Source: an uncultured Actinomycetota bacterium
GTDB lineage: Bacteria > Actinomycetota > Actinomycetes > JAHEKZ01
Direction: 5' to 3'
Length of the DNA: 64,000 nt
NCBI GenBank assembly: GCA_963743915.1
Contig: CAVURN010000005.1
Coordinates: 64,001-128,000, forward strand
A model generated the notes under the pieces. It was not told the origin of the DNA, ran no database searches, and was given only the letters and a program-made list of their open reading frames with translations. The translations under genes and the position numbers were made by a program. Below are positions 41,841 to 52,388 of the stretch, piece after piece. Each line of letters begins with the position of its first letter. The first letter of the stretch is position 1.

Positions 41841-41908
41841 TGATCGGAGCGTTTCAGTCACCTCCGGAGCATCAGAGCGCCTTGGAGATGACTGAGATGC
41901 TCCGATCA
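41841..41908. repeat. 68-nt long hairpin between convergent genes
   Basis: 25-nt arms TGATCGGAGCGTTTCAGTCACCTCC / GGAGATGACTGAGATGCTCCGATCA, 22/25 complementary. Confidence 0.85.
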
Positions 41909-41918
41909 CCGCACGGGG

Positions 41919-42485
41919 TCAGACGGACTGAGCGAGGCGCTTGAGCTGGAACGACCCCAGCACCTCGATGATGCCCAGGACGACCAGCCACAGACCCGTC
42001 ACCCAGACGAGGGCCTCGAGGGTGATGGCCGGCCAGGCGAGCACGACGAGCCCGGCGACCAGGCTCAGCGCTCCGATGAAGATGGCCCAGCCGCGGGCCG
42101 GCATGCCCGGGTTCGCCAGGCCTTCCACCAGCTCGGCGATGCCGCGGATGACCCAGCCCAGTCCGATGAGCAGCGCAAGGATGTCGACGGCATGGGTGGT
42201 GTCGCGCAGCGCTGCGATGCCGAGGATCACGGCGAACAGTCCGGCGATGGCGGAGAACACCCGCATTCCGGCGCCACCAGTCTCAGGCTGGAAGCTCGAC
42301 ACGATCATGAACAGCCCGGCGAGGATCAGGTAGATGCCGGTGACGACGGCGAAGAACACCACTGACTGCTCAGTGAAGACCATCAACAGCACGCCGAGCA
42401 CGATCGACGCGAGGCCGAAGAACAGGACCACGCCGAACGAGCGACCGAGGACGCTCTGGACCGAATCGACCGTCGGTGCACTCAT
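41919..42485 (-). CDS. HdeD/DUF308 family membrane protein
   Basis: duplicated G..SIVLG..L..P helical-hairpin pattern, 6 TM. Confidence 0.8.
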   Translation of the reverse strand: MSAPTVDSVQSVLGRSFGVVLFFGLASIVLGVLLMVFTEQSVVFFAVVTGIYLILAGLFMIVSSFQPETGGAGMRVFSAIAGLFAVILGIAALRDTTHAVDILALLIGLGWVIRGIAELVEGLANPGMPARGWAIFIGALSLVAGLVVLAWPAITLEALVWVTGLWLVVLGIIEVLGSFQLKRLAQSV

Positions 42486-43231
42486 AGTCGTCGCGCCTCC
42501 GTCACGCGGTGCAGGAAGCGCCGGGTGCGTTCCTGCGTCGGCTCGGAGAGTACCTGCTCCGGCGGCCCGAGCTCGGCAACCTCGCCGCCGTCGAGGAAGG
42601 CGACACGCGTAGCGATCTCGCGAGCGAACCCCATCTCGTGGGTCGCCAGCATCATCGTGAGGCCGGCGTCCTTGAGGTCGCGGATGACGTTGAGCACCTC
42701 CCCCACCAGCTCGGGGTCCAGCGCCGACGTGATCTCGTCGAACAGCATGATCTTCGGCTGCATCGCCAGCGCCCGGACGATCGCCACCCGCTGCTGCTGC
42801 CCACCGGAGAGCCGGTCGGGGTAGTCGGCTGCCTTGTCGGCCAGGCCGAACCGGGTCAGCAGCTCCATGCCCGCGGCCTCGGCCTCGTCCTTTCCGCGCC
42901 CGAGCACCTTGCGCGGCGCGAGGGTGATGTTGTCGATGACGCTGCGGTGCGGGAAGAGGTTGAACGACTGGAAGACGATGCCGATCGAGCGCCGCGCCTC
43001 GTTCGCGTCAAAGCCCGGCCAGGAGATGTCCTGACCCTCGAGCAGGATCGCTCCCGCATCGATCGGCTCGAGCAGGTCGATGCAGCGCAACAACGTCGAC
43101 TTGCCGCAGCCGGAGGGGCCGATGAGCGCCACCACCTCGTGCTCATCGATGTCGAGGCTGACGCCCCGCAGCACGGCATTGTCGCCGAAGGACTTGTGCA
43201 CCTCACGCACCTGCAGCGCGGGCGGGCTCAC
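42482..43231 (-). CDS. polar amino acid ABC ATP-binding protein
   Basis: GPSGCGKST, FQSFNLFPH, LSGGQQQR, FDEITSALDPE, THEMGFA. Confidence 0.93.
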   Translation of the reverse strand: MSPPALQVREVHKSFGDNAVLRGVSLDIDEHEVVALIGPSGCGKSTLLRCIDLLEPIDAGAILLEGQDISWPGFDANEARRSIGIVFQSFNLFPHRSVIDNITLAPRKVLGRGKDEAEAAGMELLTRFGLADKAADYPDRLSGGQQQRVAIVRALAMQPKIMLFDEITSALDPELVGEVLNVIRDLKDAGLTMMLATHEMGFAREIATRVAFLDGGEVAELGPPEQVLSEPTQERTRRFLHRVTEARRL

Positions 43232-44088
43232 ACCGCACCGCCAGTGGCTTGGCTGCGGCGGCGTTGTCGCTCGGCCATCCAGTCTGCGTATCGCGAGAGC
43301 GGGACGGTCAGCAGGATGTAGAAGCAGGCGGCGATCACCAGCGGCGTGAAGTCGAAGTACAGCGCTTGCTCGATCTGTGCGGCCCGGAACATCTCGACCG
43401 CGCCGACCAGTGCCACCAGTGCGGTGTCCTTCTGCAGGGCGATGAAGTCGTTCAGCAGTGGCGGGATGACTCGCCGCACCGCCTGCGGAACCACGACGAA
43501 ACGCAGGCTCTGGTACTGGTTGAGCCCCAGTGCGCGCGCCGCGGCGCGCTGGCTGGGGTGCACGGACTCGAGGCCTGCCCGCAGCACCTCGCTGACGTAC
43601 GCGGAGTAGGACACCACGAGAGCGAGCCACGCCCAGAAGACCGCTCGGTCCGGCAGCCCTTGCAGGTTGAGGGCAGGAATCCCGAACCCGAAGAGCAGAA
43701 TCAGCAGGATCGTGGGGATCCCTCGGATGACGTCTGCGTAGGCGACGGCCATCAGCCGAAAGGGCGTGAAGATCGGTGCCTTGAGCCCGCGGACGACGGC
43801 GAGCAGCAGTCCGATCAGCAGAATGAGGGGCTCGGCCGTGACGAACAGGATCACGGTCAGCTTCAGACCCTCGAGGATTCGCGGCAGCGCATCCCCGACA
43901 TGCGCCCGGTTGAAGAAGGCCTCCTGTACGGCTGGCCACCCCGGCGACGACAGGACGAGCGCGACGAGCACTCCCAGCACCACGACGGTGCTGACCGTCG
44001 AGATCGTGACGTTCCTGCGGCGCGCACGCCCGATGGCTGCGAGCCGCTCCGGGTCGTGGACCGGAACGGCCCCTGCCACGGGCGTCAT
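43228..44088 (-). CDS. polar amino acid ABC permease
   Basis: IRGIP, SAYVSEVLRAG, VVVPQA, LQKDTAL. Confidence 0.92.
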   Translation of the reverse strand: MTPVAGAVPVHDPERLAAIGRARRRNVTISTVSTVVVLGVLVALVLSSPGWPAVQEAFFNRAHVGDALPRILEGLKLTVILFVTAEPLILLIGLLLAVVRGLKAPIFTPFRLMAVAYADVIRGIPTILLILLFGFGIPALNLQGLPDRAVFWAWLALVVSYSAYVSEVLRAGLESVHPSQRAAARALGLNQYQSLRFVVVPQAVRRVIPPLLNDFIALQKDTALVALVGAVEMFRAAQIEQALYFDFTPLVIAACFYILLTVPLSRYADWMAERQRRRSQATGGAV

Positions 44089-44110
44089 CTCACGACCTGG
44101 TGCGTCCTGA

Positions 44111-44977
44111 TCAGGACAGGACCGGAGCCTTCGTGTAGTCGGTCATCCACTGGGTCGTGATCGCCTCGAGGTCCCCGGACTCCTGCAGCGCCGCCAGCGC
44201 CTGGTTCGCACACGCGACGAGCGGGTTGTCCTTCTGGAGCACGAGCCCCCAGGTGTCGGCCGCCTCGTCCTGTGGCATCTGACCGACGACCACCCCTGGC
44301 ACCTCCACGGCGGAGAGGTAGAGGGTGGTCGGCAGGTCGGTCACCAGAGCGTCGATCTCGCCGTTCTTCAGGGCCTGCGTCGACGCGGTGGTGTCGTCGA
44401 AGACTGCGACGTTCTGTGTCGGGGCGATCTGGTTCTCGACCTGAGCCAGAGCCGTCGTCGCCACCTGGACACCGATCTTGGCGTCCTGGAACTCCGCCAG
44501 GGACGTGGCGTCGGCGAACGAGCTGTCCTTGAGGACCAGGATGGCGTTCGCGGCCTCGTAGTACGGGTCGCTGAAGGTCACAGCCTGCTCGCGCTCAGGG
44601 GTGATGGAGATCTGGTTGAGCGCGAAGTCGTAGTCCTTCTCGCCTGGCGCGAAGAGCTTGTTGAAGCCCGCGAACGTCCACTCGACCTGGTCGGCGGTGA
44701 AGCCCATCTCCTCGGCGACGGCGTAGGCCACTGCTGACTCGAAGCCCTTGCCGTTCGTCGGGTCGTTGTCGATCACGTACGGCGGGAAGGCGGGGTCGCT
44801 CGTGCCCACGGTGAGGGTGCCGTCCGCGACGGTGGTGATGTCGGCGCACGCGTCCTCGGTGCTGGGGGCTGCCGACGGGGTGCTGTCTTCCTGCGCGCAG
44901 GACGTCAGCGCGGCGACGGCGGCGATCGAGACGAGCGTGACAGCGACGGATCGGAAGGACGAGCGGGCGGTACGCAT
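44111..44977 (-). CDS. amino acid ABC substrate-binding lipoprotein
   Basis: lipobox LTSC, PAFPPY, QISITPER, FSDPYY. Confidence 0.9.
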   Translation of the reverse strand: MRTARSSFRSVAVTLVSIAAVAALTSCAQEDSTPSAAPSTEDACADITTVADGTLTVGTSDPAFPPYVIDNDPTNGKGFESAVAYAVAEEMGFTADQVEWTFAGFNKLFAPGEKDYDFALNQISITPEREQAVTFSDPYYEAANAILVLKDSSFADATSLAEFQDAKIGVQVATTALAQVENQIAPTQNVAVFDDTTASTQALKNGEIDALVTDLPTTLYLSAVEVPGVVVGQMPQDEAADTWGLVLQKDNPLVACANQALAALQESGDLEAITTQWMTDYTKAPVLS

Positions 44978-45043
44978 GGGGCCTCCGGGGCTGGAGGGGC
45001 GGGGTGTCCCCCACCCGACACGCAGGTGAACGTCGGCCGAAGC

Positions 45044-46747
45044 CTACCGGCGCCCCACAGCCCAGGCGCGCAGGGTGTCGATCCTGCGCTGGAGGTCCTC
45101 GATCCCGGCCAACGGCACAGCGGGCCCGCCGCAGGCGGCCCGCAGCTCGGCATGGATCGTCCCGTGAGCGTCCCCGGTGCGGTGGTGCCAGGCGGCGATC
45201 AGCCCGTTGAGCTCACGACGCAGCTCCGTCGCTGACCGGTGGTCCACCGCCGGCGGGGAACGTCGAACCCGCGTCTTGGTCTGCCTCGCCTGGTGCTCCT
45301 TGAGCAGGACCGCCACCTGTTCGGGCTCGAGCAGACCGGGCAGCCCGAGATAGTCATGCTCTTCGGCCGACCCGGCCTCGGCCTGGTGGCCGAACTCGCC
45401 GCCGTCGAAGACCACCCGGTCGAAGTGCGCAGCCGACTCCAGCGCCTCGAAAGTGGACTCGGCCAGCTCCGCCTCGTTCTGCTCGGCTGCAGCCCTCGCC
45501 AGCAGATCGCGCTCGGCGGCGAACAGGTCGTCCTCGTCACGCACGACACGGCCGAGCACGTGGTCACGCTCGTCTTCCATCGTCGCGGCGTGCTGCAGCA
45601 GTGACGGGACGCTGGGCAGGAAGATCGATGCGGTCTCACCTCGACGTCGAGCGCGCACGAAACGGCCGACCGCCTGCGCGAAGAACAACGGTGTGGTGGT
45701 GGTCGTGGCGTAGACGCCGACGGCCAGTCGGGGGATGTCGACTCCCTCGGAGACCATCCGGACCGCTACCAGCCAACGCGCTGACGACGCCGCGAACTGC
45801 TCGATCAGCCGACTCGCCTTGGGGTCGTCGGACAGGACGGTGTCCACCTTCTCGCCGCAGATCGCGGTGAGGCGCCGTGCGTAGGCGCGGGCGTGCTCGT
45901 GGTCGGTGGCGATGACGAGACCCCCGGCGTCCGGCATCCCGCGTCGCACCTCGGTGAGCCGACGATCAGCTGCCGCCAGCACCGATCCCACCCACTCCCC
46001 CTTCGGGTCGAGCGCGGTCCGGAGCGCCTGCGCGGTCGCTTCCGTGCCGAGGTCCTCTCCGAGCCGGGCCGCCACCTCGTCCCCTGCTCGGGTGCGCCAT
46101 CGCATCTCACCGGAGTAGGCCAGGAAGAGCACCGGGCGGACGACACCGTCACCCAGCGCGTCGGCGTAGCCGTAGGCGTGGTCGGACGCGCTCCGCGGCA
46201 GCCCCTCGCCATCGGTCTCGTAGCGCACGAAGGGGATGGCGTTGACGTCGGAGCGGAACGGCGTGCCGGTGAGGGCCAGTCGGTGAGCGGCCGGCTCGAA
46301 GGCCTCAGCGATGGCGTCCCCCCAGGAGAGGGCATCGCCCGCATGGTGGATCTCGTCGAGGATCACGAGGGACTTGCGGTTCTGCGTGCGGGCGCGGTGC
46401 AACATCGGGTGCGCCGCCACCTGGGCATACGTGACGACCACTCCGTCGAACCCTTGCGCAGTGGCTCCCTGCGCGTTGGTGAAGCGAGGGTCGAGTCGGA
46501 CGCCGACCGCTGCGGCCGCGGCCGCCCACTGGGACTTCAGGTGCTCGGTGGGAGCGACCACCGTGAGCGTCTGCACCCTGCGCTCGTCGAGCAGCCGGGA
46601 CGCGACCTGCAGCGCAAACGTCGTCTTGCCGGCACCGGGTGTGGCCACGGCGAGGAAGTCGCGTGGCCGGTCGACGAGCCAACGCTCGAGGGCAGCGCGC
46701 TGCCAGGTGCGCAGGCCCGGGCGGCGGGCGGAGGAGGGTGTGGTCAC
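45044..46747 (-). CDS. DEAD/DEAH-box SF2 helicase
   Basis: ATPGAGKT, LDEIHH, LTGTPFR, MVSEGVDIP, QAVGRFVR. Confidence 0.92.
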   Translation of the reverse strand: MTTPSSARRPGLRTWQRAALERWLVDRPRDFLAVATPGAGKTTFALQVASRLLDERRVQTLTVVAPTEHLKSQWAAAAAAVGVRLDPRFTNAQGATAQGFDGVVVTYAQVAAHPMLHRARTQNRKSLVILDEIHHAGDALSWGDAIAEAFEPAAHRLALTGTPFRSDVNAIPFVRYETDGEGLPRSASDHAYGYADALGDGVVRPVLFLAYSGEMRWRTRAGDEVAARLGEDLGTEATAQALRTALDPKGEWVGSVLAAADRRLTEVRRGMPDAGGLVIATDHEHARAYARRLTAICGEKVDTVLSDDPKASRLIEQFAASSARWLVAVRMVSEGVDIPRLAVGVYATTTTTPLFFAQAVGRFVRARRRGETASIFLPSVPSLLQHAATMEDERDHVLGRVVRDEDDLFAAERDLLARAAAEQNEAELAESTFEALESAAHFDRVVFDGGEFGHQAEAGSAEEHDYLGLPGLLEPEQVAVLLKEHQARQTKTRVRRSPPAVDHRSATELRRELNGLIAAWHHRTGDAHGTIHAELRAACGGPAVPLAGIEDLQRRIDTLRAWAVGRR

Positions 46748-46807
46748 GGGGGCCCGAGCCTAGGCACCTGCGCCGACCGGACTGGCGAACCCGGGAGGAT
46801 CGGCGTG

Positions 46808-48204
46808 TCAGCGGCTGGGCGCGACCCGGGGCGCCACTGCGGTGGCGAACACCGCGATCGCCGTCATCACCAGGAAGATCGTGAGGTAGACGCCGCCGTC
46901 CTGCCCAGGGCGCACGTGTCCCGTCGCGAAGATCACCCCGCCCAGCCCGGTGAGCAGGATGACGCCGAGCGAGTCGGCGATCTGCAGGGCCGCGGAGTTG
47001 ACGCCCTGCTCGTCAGGTGGCGAGAGCTGGAGGACCAGGACACCGAGGGAGCCGTAGAGCATTCCCATGCCGAACGAACCCAGGGCCCAGGTGACCACGA
47101 TGATCGTCCACGGCACGACGTCGATGGCGATGGGCGTCGTCAGCGCCAGACCCGCCGCGGTGAAGGCACCACCGATGACGACGAGGCGGTCGCGCGGGAT
47201 GGTCAGCGTCGGGCGTCCCTGAAGCCAGCTGCCCAAGAACCAGCCGACGGCAGCACCGGACAGCGAACCACCAGCAAGGATGGACGACAGTCCGCGTTCG
47301 TTGACGAGCATGAGCGGGATGAACCATTCCGCACCGAAGAAGGCGCCCGCGTAGAAACCTCGCACCATGACGACAGTGGGCAGCCCCCGTCTCAGCTTCA
47401 GGGCTCCGACCGGCAGAAGCTGAGGGACGCTGAAGGCCAGCAGCGCGATCGCGAGCACCGCCAGACCTGCCGCAACGGCGTCGAGGCGCTGGCCCGCCAC
47501 CTGCAGCAGCACGACCCCCACCGACGCCATCAGCGCCAGCCGCTTTCGCCCGGGTCGCGGCGTCGCGTCCGGGTCTGGTTCGACGTGCATCGCCCTCAGC
47601 CGAGGCAGCAGGACGGCCCCGACGGGCAGCAAGAGAATGAGGATGCCGAAGAACACCCACCGCCACCCGAAGGCATCGGTGATCGCGCCGGCGACCAGCG
47701 GTCCGGCGATTCCGGGGACCACCCAGGCACCCGAGAGCGCGGTGAACACGCGGGGGCGCAGGTGCTCCGGGTACGCGCGCCCGATGACGACGTACAGGGC
47801 GACGATGACGGCGCCGAAGCCCAGCCCCTGCAGCGCTCGCCCGGCGAGCATCACCGCCATCGACGGGGCGAACCCGCAGACCAGGGTCCCGAGGACGAAC
47901 GTCCCGAGCCCGGTGGCGAGGGGCGGAACCGGACCGCGCCGGTCGGCCCAGCCCCCTGCCGCCGCCATGGCGTACAGGCTCGCGGCGGTGACCGCAGTGG
48001 CACCCCAGGCGTAGAGCGAGAGGCCATCGAGTTCACGGGCCGCCGTGGGCATCGCGGTGATGACCCCCATGGCCTCGAAGGCCACGATCGTCATGATCGA
48101 CACCACGCCGATCGTGAGGATCCGGTACTCGGGCCCGAAGATGCTCCCCGGATCTCGGCTCGCCCGCCGCGTCGACAGCGGAGGGGTCGGGGGCGGACGG
48201 TCAC
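46808..48204 (-). CDS. MFS transporter (indels in the N-terminal codons)
   Basis: AFEAMGVITAMP, GWADRRG, GRALQGLG; TAGGCT-N5-GTG start at 48204. Confidence 0.85.
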
Positions 48205-48343
48205 GCTCCAGCCTAGGAGGTGCGCGTGCAGGTCACTCGCCCTCCGGGGGTCACCCTCCAGCGCGGAAGGTCGTCCACTGGTCGGGCATGCGACATCCGC
48301 GCGGCAGGTTCGGGCGACTTTGGCTAGTTCGCGCGTGCCGGCG

Positions 48344-48633
48344 TCAGCCCTGCTCGCCGGAGTCTCCACGCCCGGCAGCGAGTTGTAGATCTCCTGGCAC
48401 TCCGGGCAGACGGGGAACTTCTGGGGGTCCCGGTTCGGCACCCACACCTTGCCGCACAGCGCGATCACCGGCGCCCCCGTCACGGCGCTCTCCATGATCT
48501 TGTCCTTCTGCACGTAGTGCGCGAAGCGCTCATGGTCACCGGGCTCGACGGGCGCCGGTTCGACGCGCTCCTCGAGGATGGTGCCGGTGCTGCCGGGGTC
48601 GGACTGCGGCTGGCCGAGCGGTTCGGTGGTCAC
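48344..48633 (-). CDS. DUF3039 domain protein (indel before stop)
   Basis: GDHERFAHYV, ALCGKVWVP, PVCPEC. Confidence 0.88.
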
Positions 48634-48649
48634 GATGCCTCCTGGGCGA

Positions 48650-49241
48650 TCAGTTCAGGGAGGGGTCCTCGGGGAACGTCGCCACCACGGCCAGTGCCGG
48701 TGGCTGTCGACGGAGCACACGCTCCCACAGCCGCTCGGGGTCGGTGGCGGTGAGGTCTGCGGGGAGCGCGTCCACGACGAACCAGGCTCCTTCGTCGATC
48801 TCGTCCTCGAGCTGGTCCGACCCCCACCCCGCGTAGCCGGCGAAGACCCGCATCGCGCTGATCTCCCCCGCGATGACCTCCGCGGGTGCGTCGAGGTCGA
48901 CCAGGCCGATGGACCCGTGCACGTGGCGGAACCCCAGAGGCTCGTCCTCCTCACCGCTCCCGGACGTGCGCGCGGCGAGCGCCAGAGCGCTGTCGCGACC
49001 GACCGGGCCCTCCTTGGAAGACCACCGACGGCGGGGAGGCGTACAGGTGCCAGTCAGGGAGGATCGCACTGACGTCGGTGGTGGAAGGCCGGTTGAGGAT
49101 CACGCCGAGCGCGCCACCCTCGTCGTGGTCGACGAGCAGCACCACGGTGCGGGAGAAGTTGGGATCACCGAGCTCGGGAGACGCCACGAGCAGGCGACCG
49201 GTCAAGGTGATCTCGGTGCCCTCGACGCTGGACTCGTCCAT
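48650..49241 (-). CDS. YqgE/AlgH family protein (frameshift ~49013)
   Basis: LLVASP, DPNFSRTVV, GVILNRP, FAGYAGW, QLEDEI, DPSLN. Confidence 0.9.
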
Positions 49242-49311
49242 GACTCCATCTTGCCTACTCGCACGGACTCACGCACCCACCGCGAGGGTCGGGCGCATCG
49301 AGCCAGCGGTG

Positions 49312-49698
49312 TCAGCCCAGCGAGGCAATGGCGGTGCCGAGCCGCTCGGCGGCTTCGTCGGCGACCTCTTTGAGCGCCGGGTCGTCAGCGACGCTCATCA
49401 TGGCGGCCGGGTCGATCGCCTCGACGACGACGGCACCAGCCTCTTCCCGCACGACGACGTTGCAGGGGAGCAGGACGCCGACGATCGGCTGGGCCGTGAT
49501 GGCCTTGTGGGCGAGCGGGGGGTTGCAGGCGCCGAGGATCAGGTAGGCGCCCATGTCGGCGTCGAGCTTGGCCTTCATGGTCGCCTGCACGTCGATCTCG
49601 GTGAGGACCCCGAAACCCTGCTCGGCCAGAGCATCGCGGGTGCGGGTGACGGCGTCGGCGAAGGGTAGGTCGACGGTGGTGCGCAGCGAGATGGTCAT
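49312..49698 (-). CDS. DUF302 domain protein
   Basis: GFGVLTEID, ILGACNP, LLPCNV. Confidence 0.92.
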   Translation of the reverse strand: MTISLRTTVDLPFADAVTRTRDALAEQGFGVLTEIDVQATMKAKLDADMGAYLILGACNPPLAHKAITAQPIVGVLLPCNVVVREEAGAVVVEAIDPAAMMSVADDPALKEVADEAAERLGTAIASLG

Positions 49699-49707
49699 GG
49701 TGGAATA

Positions 49708-49723
49708 ATACCCCAGGGGGTAT
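49708..49723. promoter_or_regulatory. CsoR/RicR-family operator
   Basis: ATACCCC-AG-GGGGTAT dyad between divergent DUF302 and thioredoxin. Confidence 0.75.
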
Positions 49724-49763
49724 GGTTGAGGAGAGCGACCCCCCGAGACACCGAGGAGACCCC

Positions 49764-50168
49764 GTGGCCACCGTCACGCTGACCAAGGACAACTTCGCTG
49801 AGACCATCAGCGGCAACGACATCGTCTTCATCGACTTCTGGGCGGCCTGGTGCGGCCCGTGCCGTGCCTTCGCCCCGGTCTTCGAGACGGCCAGCGAGAC
49901 CCACGCGGACGTGGTCTTCGCCAAGGTGGACACCGAGGACCAGCGTGAGCTCGCCGGCATGTTCGGCATCACCTCGATCCCGACCCTGGTCGCCTTCCGC
50001 GAGAAGGTCCTCGTCTTCGGCGAGGCCGGCGCGCTGCCCGCACCCGAGCTCGAGAAGCTGATCGGCGCGGTCAAGGAGCTCGACATGGTCGAGGTCCACA
50101 AGCAGGTCGCCCAGCAGCAGGCCGAGCAGTCGGCTGAGCAGCTGGAGAAGACCGACACCCCCGCCTAG
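49764..50168 (+). CDS. thioredoxin
   Basis: DFWAAWCGPC, SIPTL; RBS GAGGAG. Confidence 0.93.
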   Translation: MATVTLTKDNFAETISGNDIVFIDFWAAWCGPCRAFAPVFETASETHADVVFAKVDTEDQRELAGMFGITSIPTLVAFREKVLVFGEAGALPAPELEKLIGAVKELDMVEVHKQVAQQQAEQSAEQLEKTDTPA

Positions 50169-50237
50169 GCCCCGGGTAAGACCCGCGGGAACTCCCTCGA
50201 CGTGGCACGGTAGGTCCGTCCGCCCGAGGGAGGCCCC

Positions 50238-51464
50238 GTGTTCCGAGTCGAGTCCGAGGTCGGCCAGCTGCGCCAGGTGATCGTCCACCGCCCTGGCCTA
50301 GAGCTGGCGCGCCTGACCCCGAGCAACGTCCATGACCTGCTCTTCGACGACGTGCTCTGGGCCGAGCGGGCCATCGAGGAGCATGACGCCTTCACCGACG
50401 CGCTTCGCAGCCGCGGCGTCCAGGTGCACTACTTCAACCAGCTGCTCGGCGAGGCGCTCGAGCAGCCGGCCGCCCGCCAGTTCCTGCTCGAGCGGGTGGT
50501 GCACGAGGAGACCGTCGGCCCGATGCTCGTCAACCCCCTGCGGCAGCTCATCGACGCCACCGAGCCGCAGGAGCTCGCCGACTTCATGATCGGCGGGATC
50601 CTGAAGAAGGACCTGCCGGCCCCTGAGTGGCCGAGCCTGCTGTGGCGGCTGCTCGACGACGAGGACTTCGTCCTGACTCCCCTGCCGAACCATCTCTTCC
50701 AGCGCGACAACTCGGCGTGGGTCTACAGCGGCGTGTCGGTGAACCCGATGGCGAAACCTGCCCGACAGCGTGAGGCGATCCACTCTCGCCTGATCTACCG
50801 GTTCCACCCGATGTTCGCCGAGCAGGCGGATCGGTTCACCGTCTACTACGGGGACGACGACGAGGTCCACGACCCTGCCACGTGCGAGGGCGGCGACATC
50901 TTGGTCATCGGCCGCGGCACCGTGATGCTCGGGCTCGGTGAGCGGACCACCCCACAAGGCGCCGAGATGCTCGCCCGCAGCTACTTCCGCAACAGCGGCG
51001 GCGACGTACGGCGGGTCATCGCCGTGGAGCTGCCCAAGGCGCGCGCGTTCATGCACCTCGACACGGCGATGACCATGCTCGACGCCGACACGTTCATCAC
51101 CTACCCCTACCTGCCGGCGGAGCTGCGCAGCTACACGATCACCCCCGGTGACAACGGCGAGCTGGCCATCGTCGAGAACGGCGACCTGTGGACCGCGGTG
51201 GCAGACGCCCTCGGCATCGACAAGGTGCGCGTGCTGTCGGTGACTCAGGACATCCGAGCCGCCGAGCGCGAGCAGTGGGACGACGGCAACAACTTCCTGG
51301 CGATCTCCCCGGGCGTCGTCGTCGGCTACGAGCGCAACACCACGACCAACCGGTACCTGCAGGAGCACGGGATCGAGGTCGTCGCTGCCGCCGGCAGCGA
51401 GCTCGGCCGGGGACGGGGTGGCCCCCGCTGCATGACGTGCCCCATCCAGCGGGACCCCGCCTGA
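50238..51464 (+). CDS. arcA: arginine deiminase
   Basis: [48 protein letters not shown]. Confidence 0.95.
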   Translation: MFRVESEVGQLRQVIVHRPGLELARLTPSNVHDLLFDDVLWAERAIEEHDAFTDALRSRGVQVHYFNQLLGEALEQPAARQFLLERVVHEETVGPMLVNPLRQLIDATEPQELADFMIGGILKKDLPAPEWPSLLWRLLDDEDFVLTPLPNHLFQRDNSAWVYSGVSVNPMAKPARQREAIHSRLIYRFHPMFAEQADRFTVYYGDDDEVHDPATCEGGDILVIGRGTVMLGLGERTTPQGAEMLARSYFRNSGGDVRRVIAVELPKARAFMHLDTAMTMLDADTFITYPYLPAELRSYTITPGDNGELAIVENGDLWTAVADALGIDKVRVLSVTQDIRAAEREQWDDGNNFLAISPGVVVGYERNTTTNRYLQEHGIEVVAAAGSELGRGRGGPRCMTCPIQRDPA

Positions 51465-51506
51465 CGTGCGCCCGCCAGCTCTGAACGGTTGCCCGCGTCA
51501 CGCACC

Positions 51507-52376
51507 TCAATGCCCATCGGGCACCCCCATCTGGGGAGGCGAGCCGGGGGGGGCCAGATCGGCGCCTTCGGCCTCTCGAGTCTTGGCGACAGAGATGAGT
51601 ACCGGTGATGCGAGACCTGACTTGGCCGCGCAGTCGGCTAGCGTCTGCGCAAGCCACCCGATTGAATCTGGCTCCCATTCAATGAGGTCGCCGACCAACG
51701 TCTCGGTACTGGTCGCTGGCCCCCCCCACAAACTCTCACCGCAAGGTGGTTCTTGGTTCTCTCCGTTTGCCCATGACCTGACGGCGTTCAAGAAGACGTG
51801 GGTGTCAAGCTCCGAGAAATGGCCAAGGGTGGACTCGAGCACACCCTTGGACGCACGTTGACCAACCGTGAGAGACACCTCCACGTTGACCCGGGCCGCA
51901 GGATCGGAATCCCCGAACCAGCGATAGGTCCGCATCGAGGCAATCGGCATTCCGGATCGCCCCCCAAGACGTTGTGTCGGGAGCAGTAGGAGCACTCGGT
52001 CAAGGTGGAGTCTGCCGAACCGCTGGACGACATCCGTCGCACAGTGGAGAAATGGCTGGACAGGCAGGGGATCTGTCGGCGCGACTGGGCTTGTTTCAAC
52101 TTGAAACCAGGCCAGGGGCGAATCCTCGTGCCGACCCTCAAGAAGGTGGGCACTGCCCGCGTCGTTCATCCCCCAAAGGCCAAGATCCTGGCCGACCCAA
52201 CCCATTCCTTCTGAGCGAACCACAAAAAGGGAGAAGGGGTCTTGGTCGGGATGGACTCTGGGCCATGAATGCGAGGCAATGCGTCCGTAGAGCGCCACGA
52301 ACATAGTTCCGGGTTCAGACGAACCGGGCGCCACGGCTGGTCTGACGTCGCGCAACTCTTCGCGGAGTTGATCCAC
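51507..52376 (-). CDS. hypothetical protein, lower GC
   Basis: 289-aa ORF 12 nt downstream of the secreted protein gene; start uncertain. Confidence 0.55.
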   Translation of the reverse strand: MDQLREELRDVRPAVAPGSSEPGTMFVALYGRIASHSWPRVHPDQDPFSLFVVRSEGMGWVGQDLGLWGMNDAGSAHLLEGRHEDSPLAWFQVETSPVAPTDPLPVQPFLHCATDVVQRFGRLHLDRVLLLLPTQRLGGRSGMPIASMRTYRWFGDSDPAARVNVEVSLTVGQRASKGVLESTLGHFSELDTHVFLNAVRSWANGENQEPPCGESLWGGPATSTETLVGDLIEWEPDSIGWLAQTLADCAAKSGLASPVLISVAKTREAEGADLAPPGSPPQMGVPDGH

Positions 52377-52388
52377 CGGCTGGGGAAC

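Noticed and set aside
45893-48388. 831-aa plus-strand ORF and many similar long alternative-frame ORFs
   Set aside because: Antisense shadows of real high-GC genes (helicase, MFS) with no motifs
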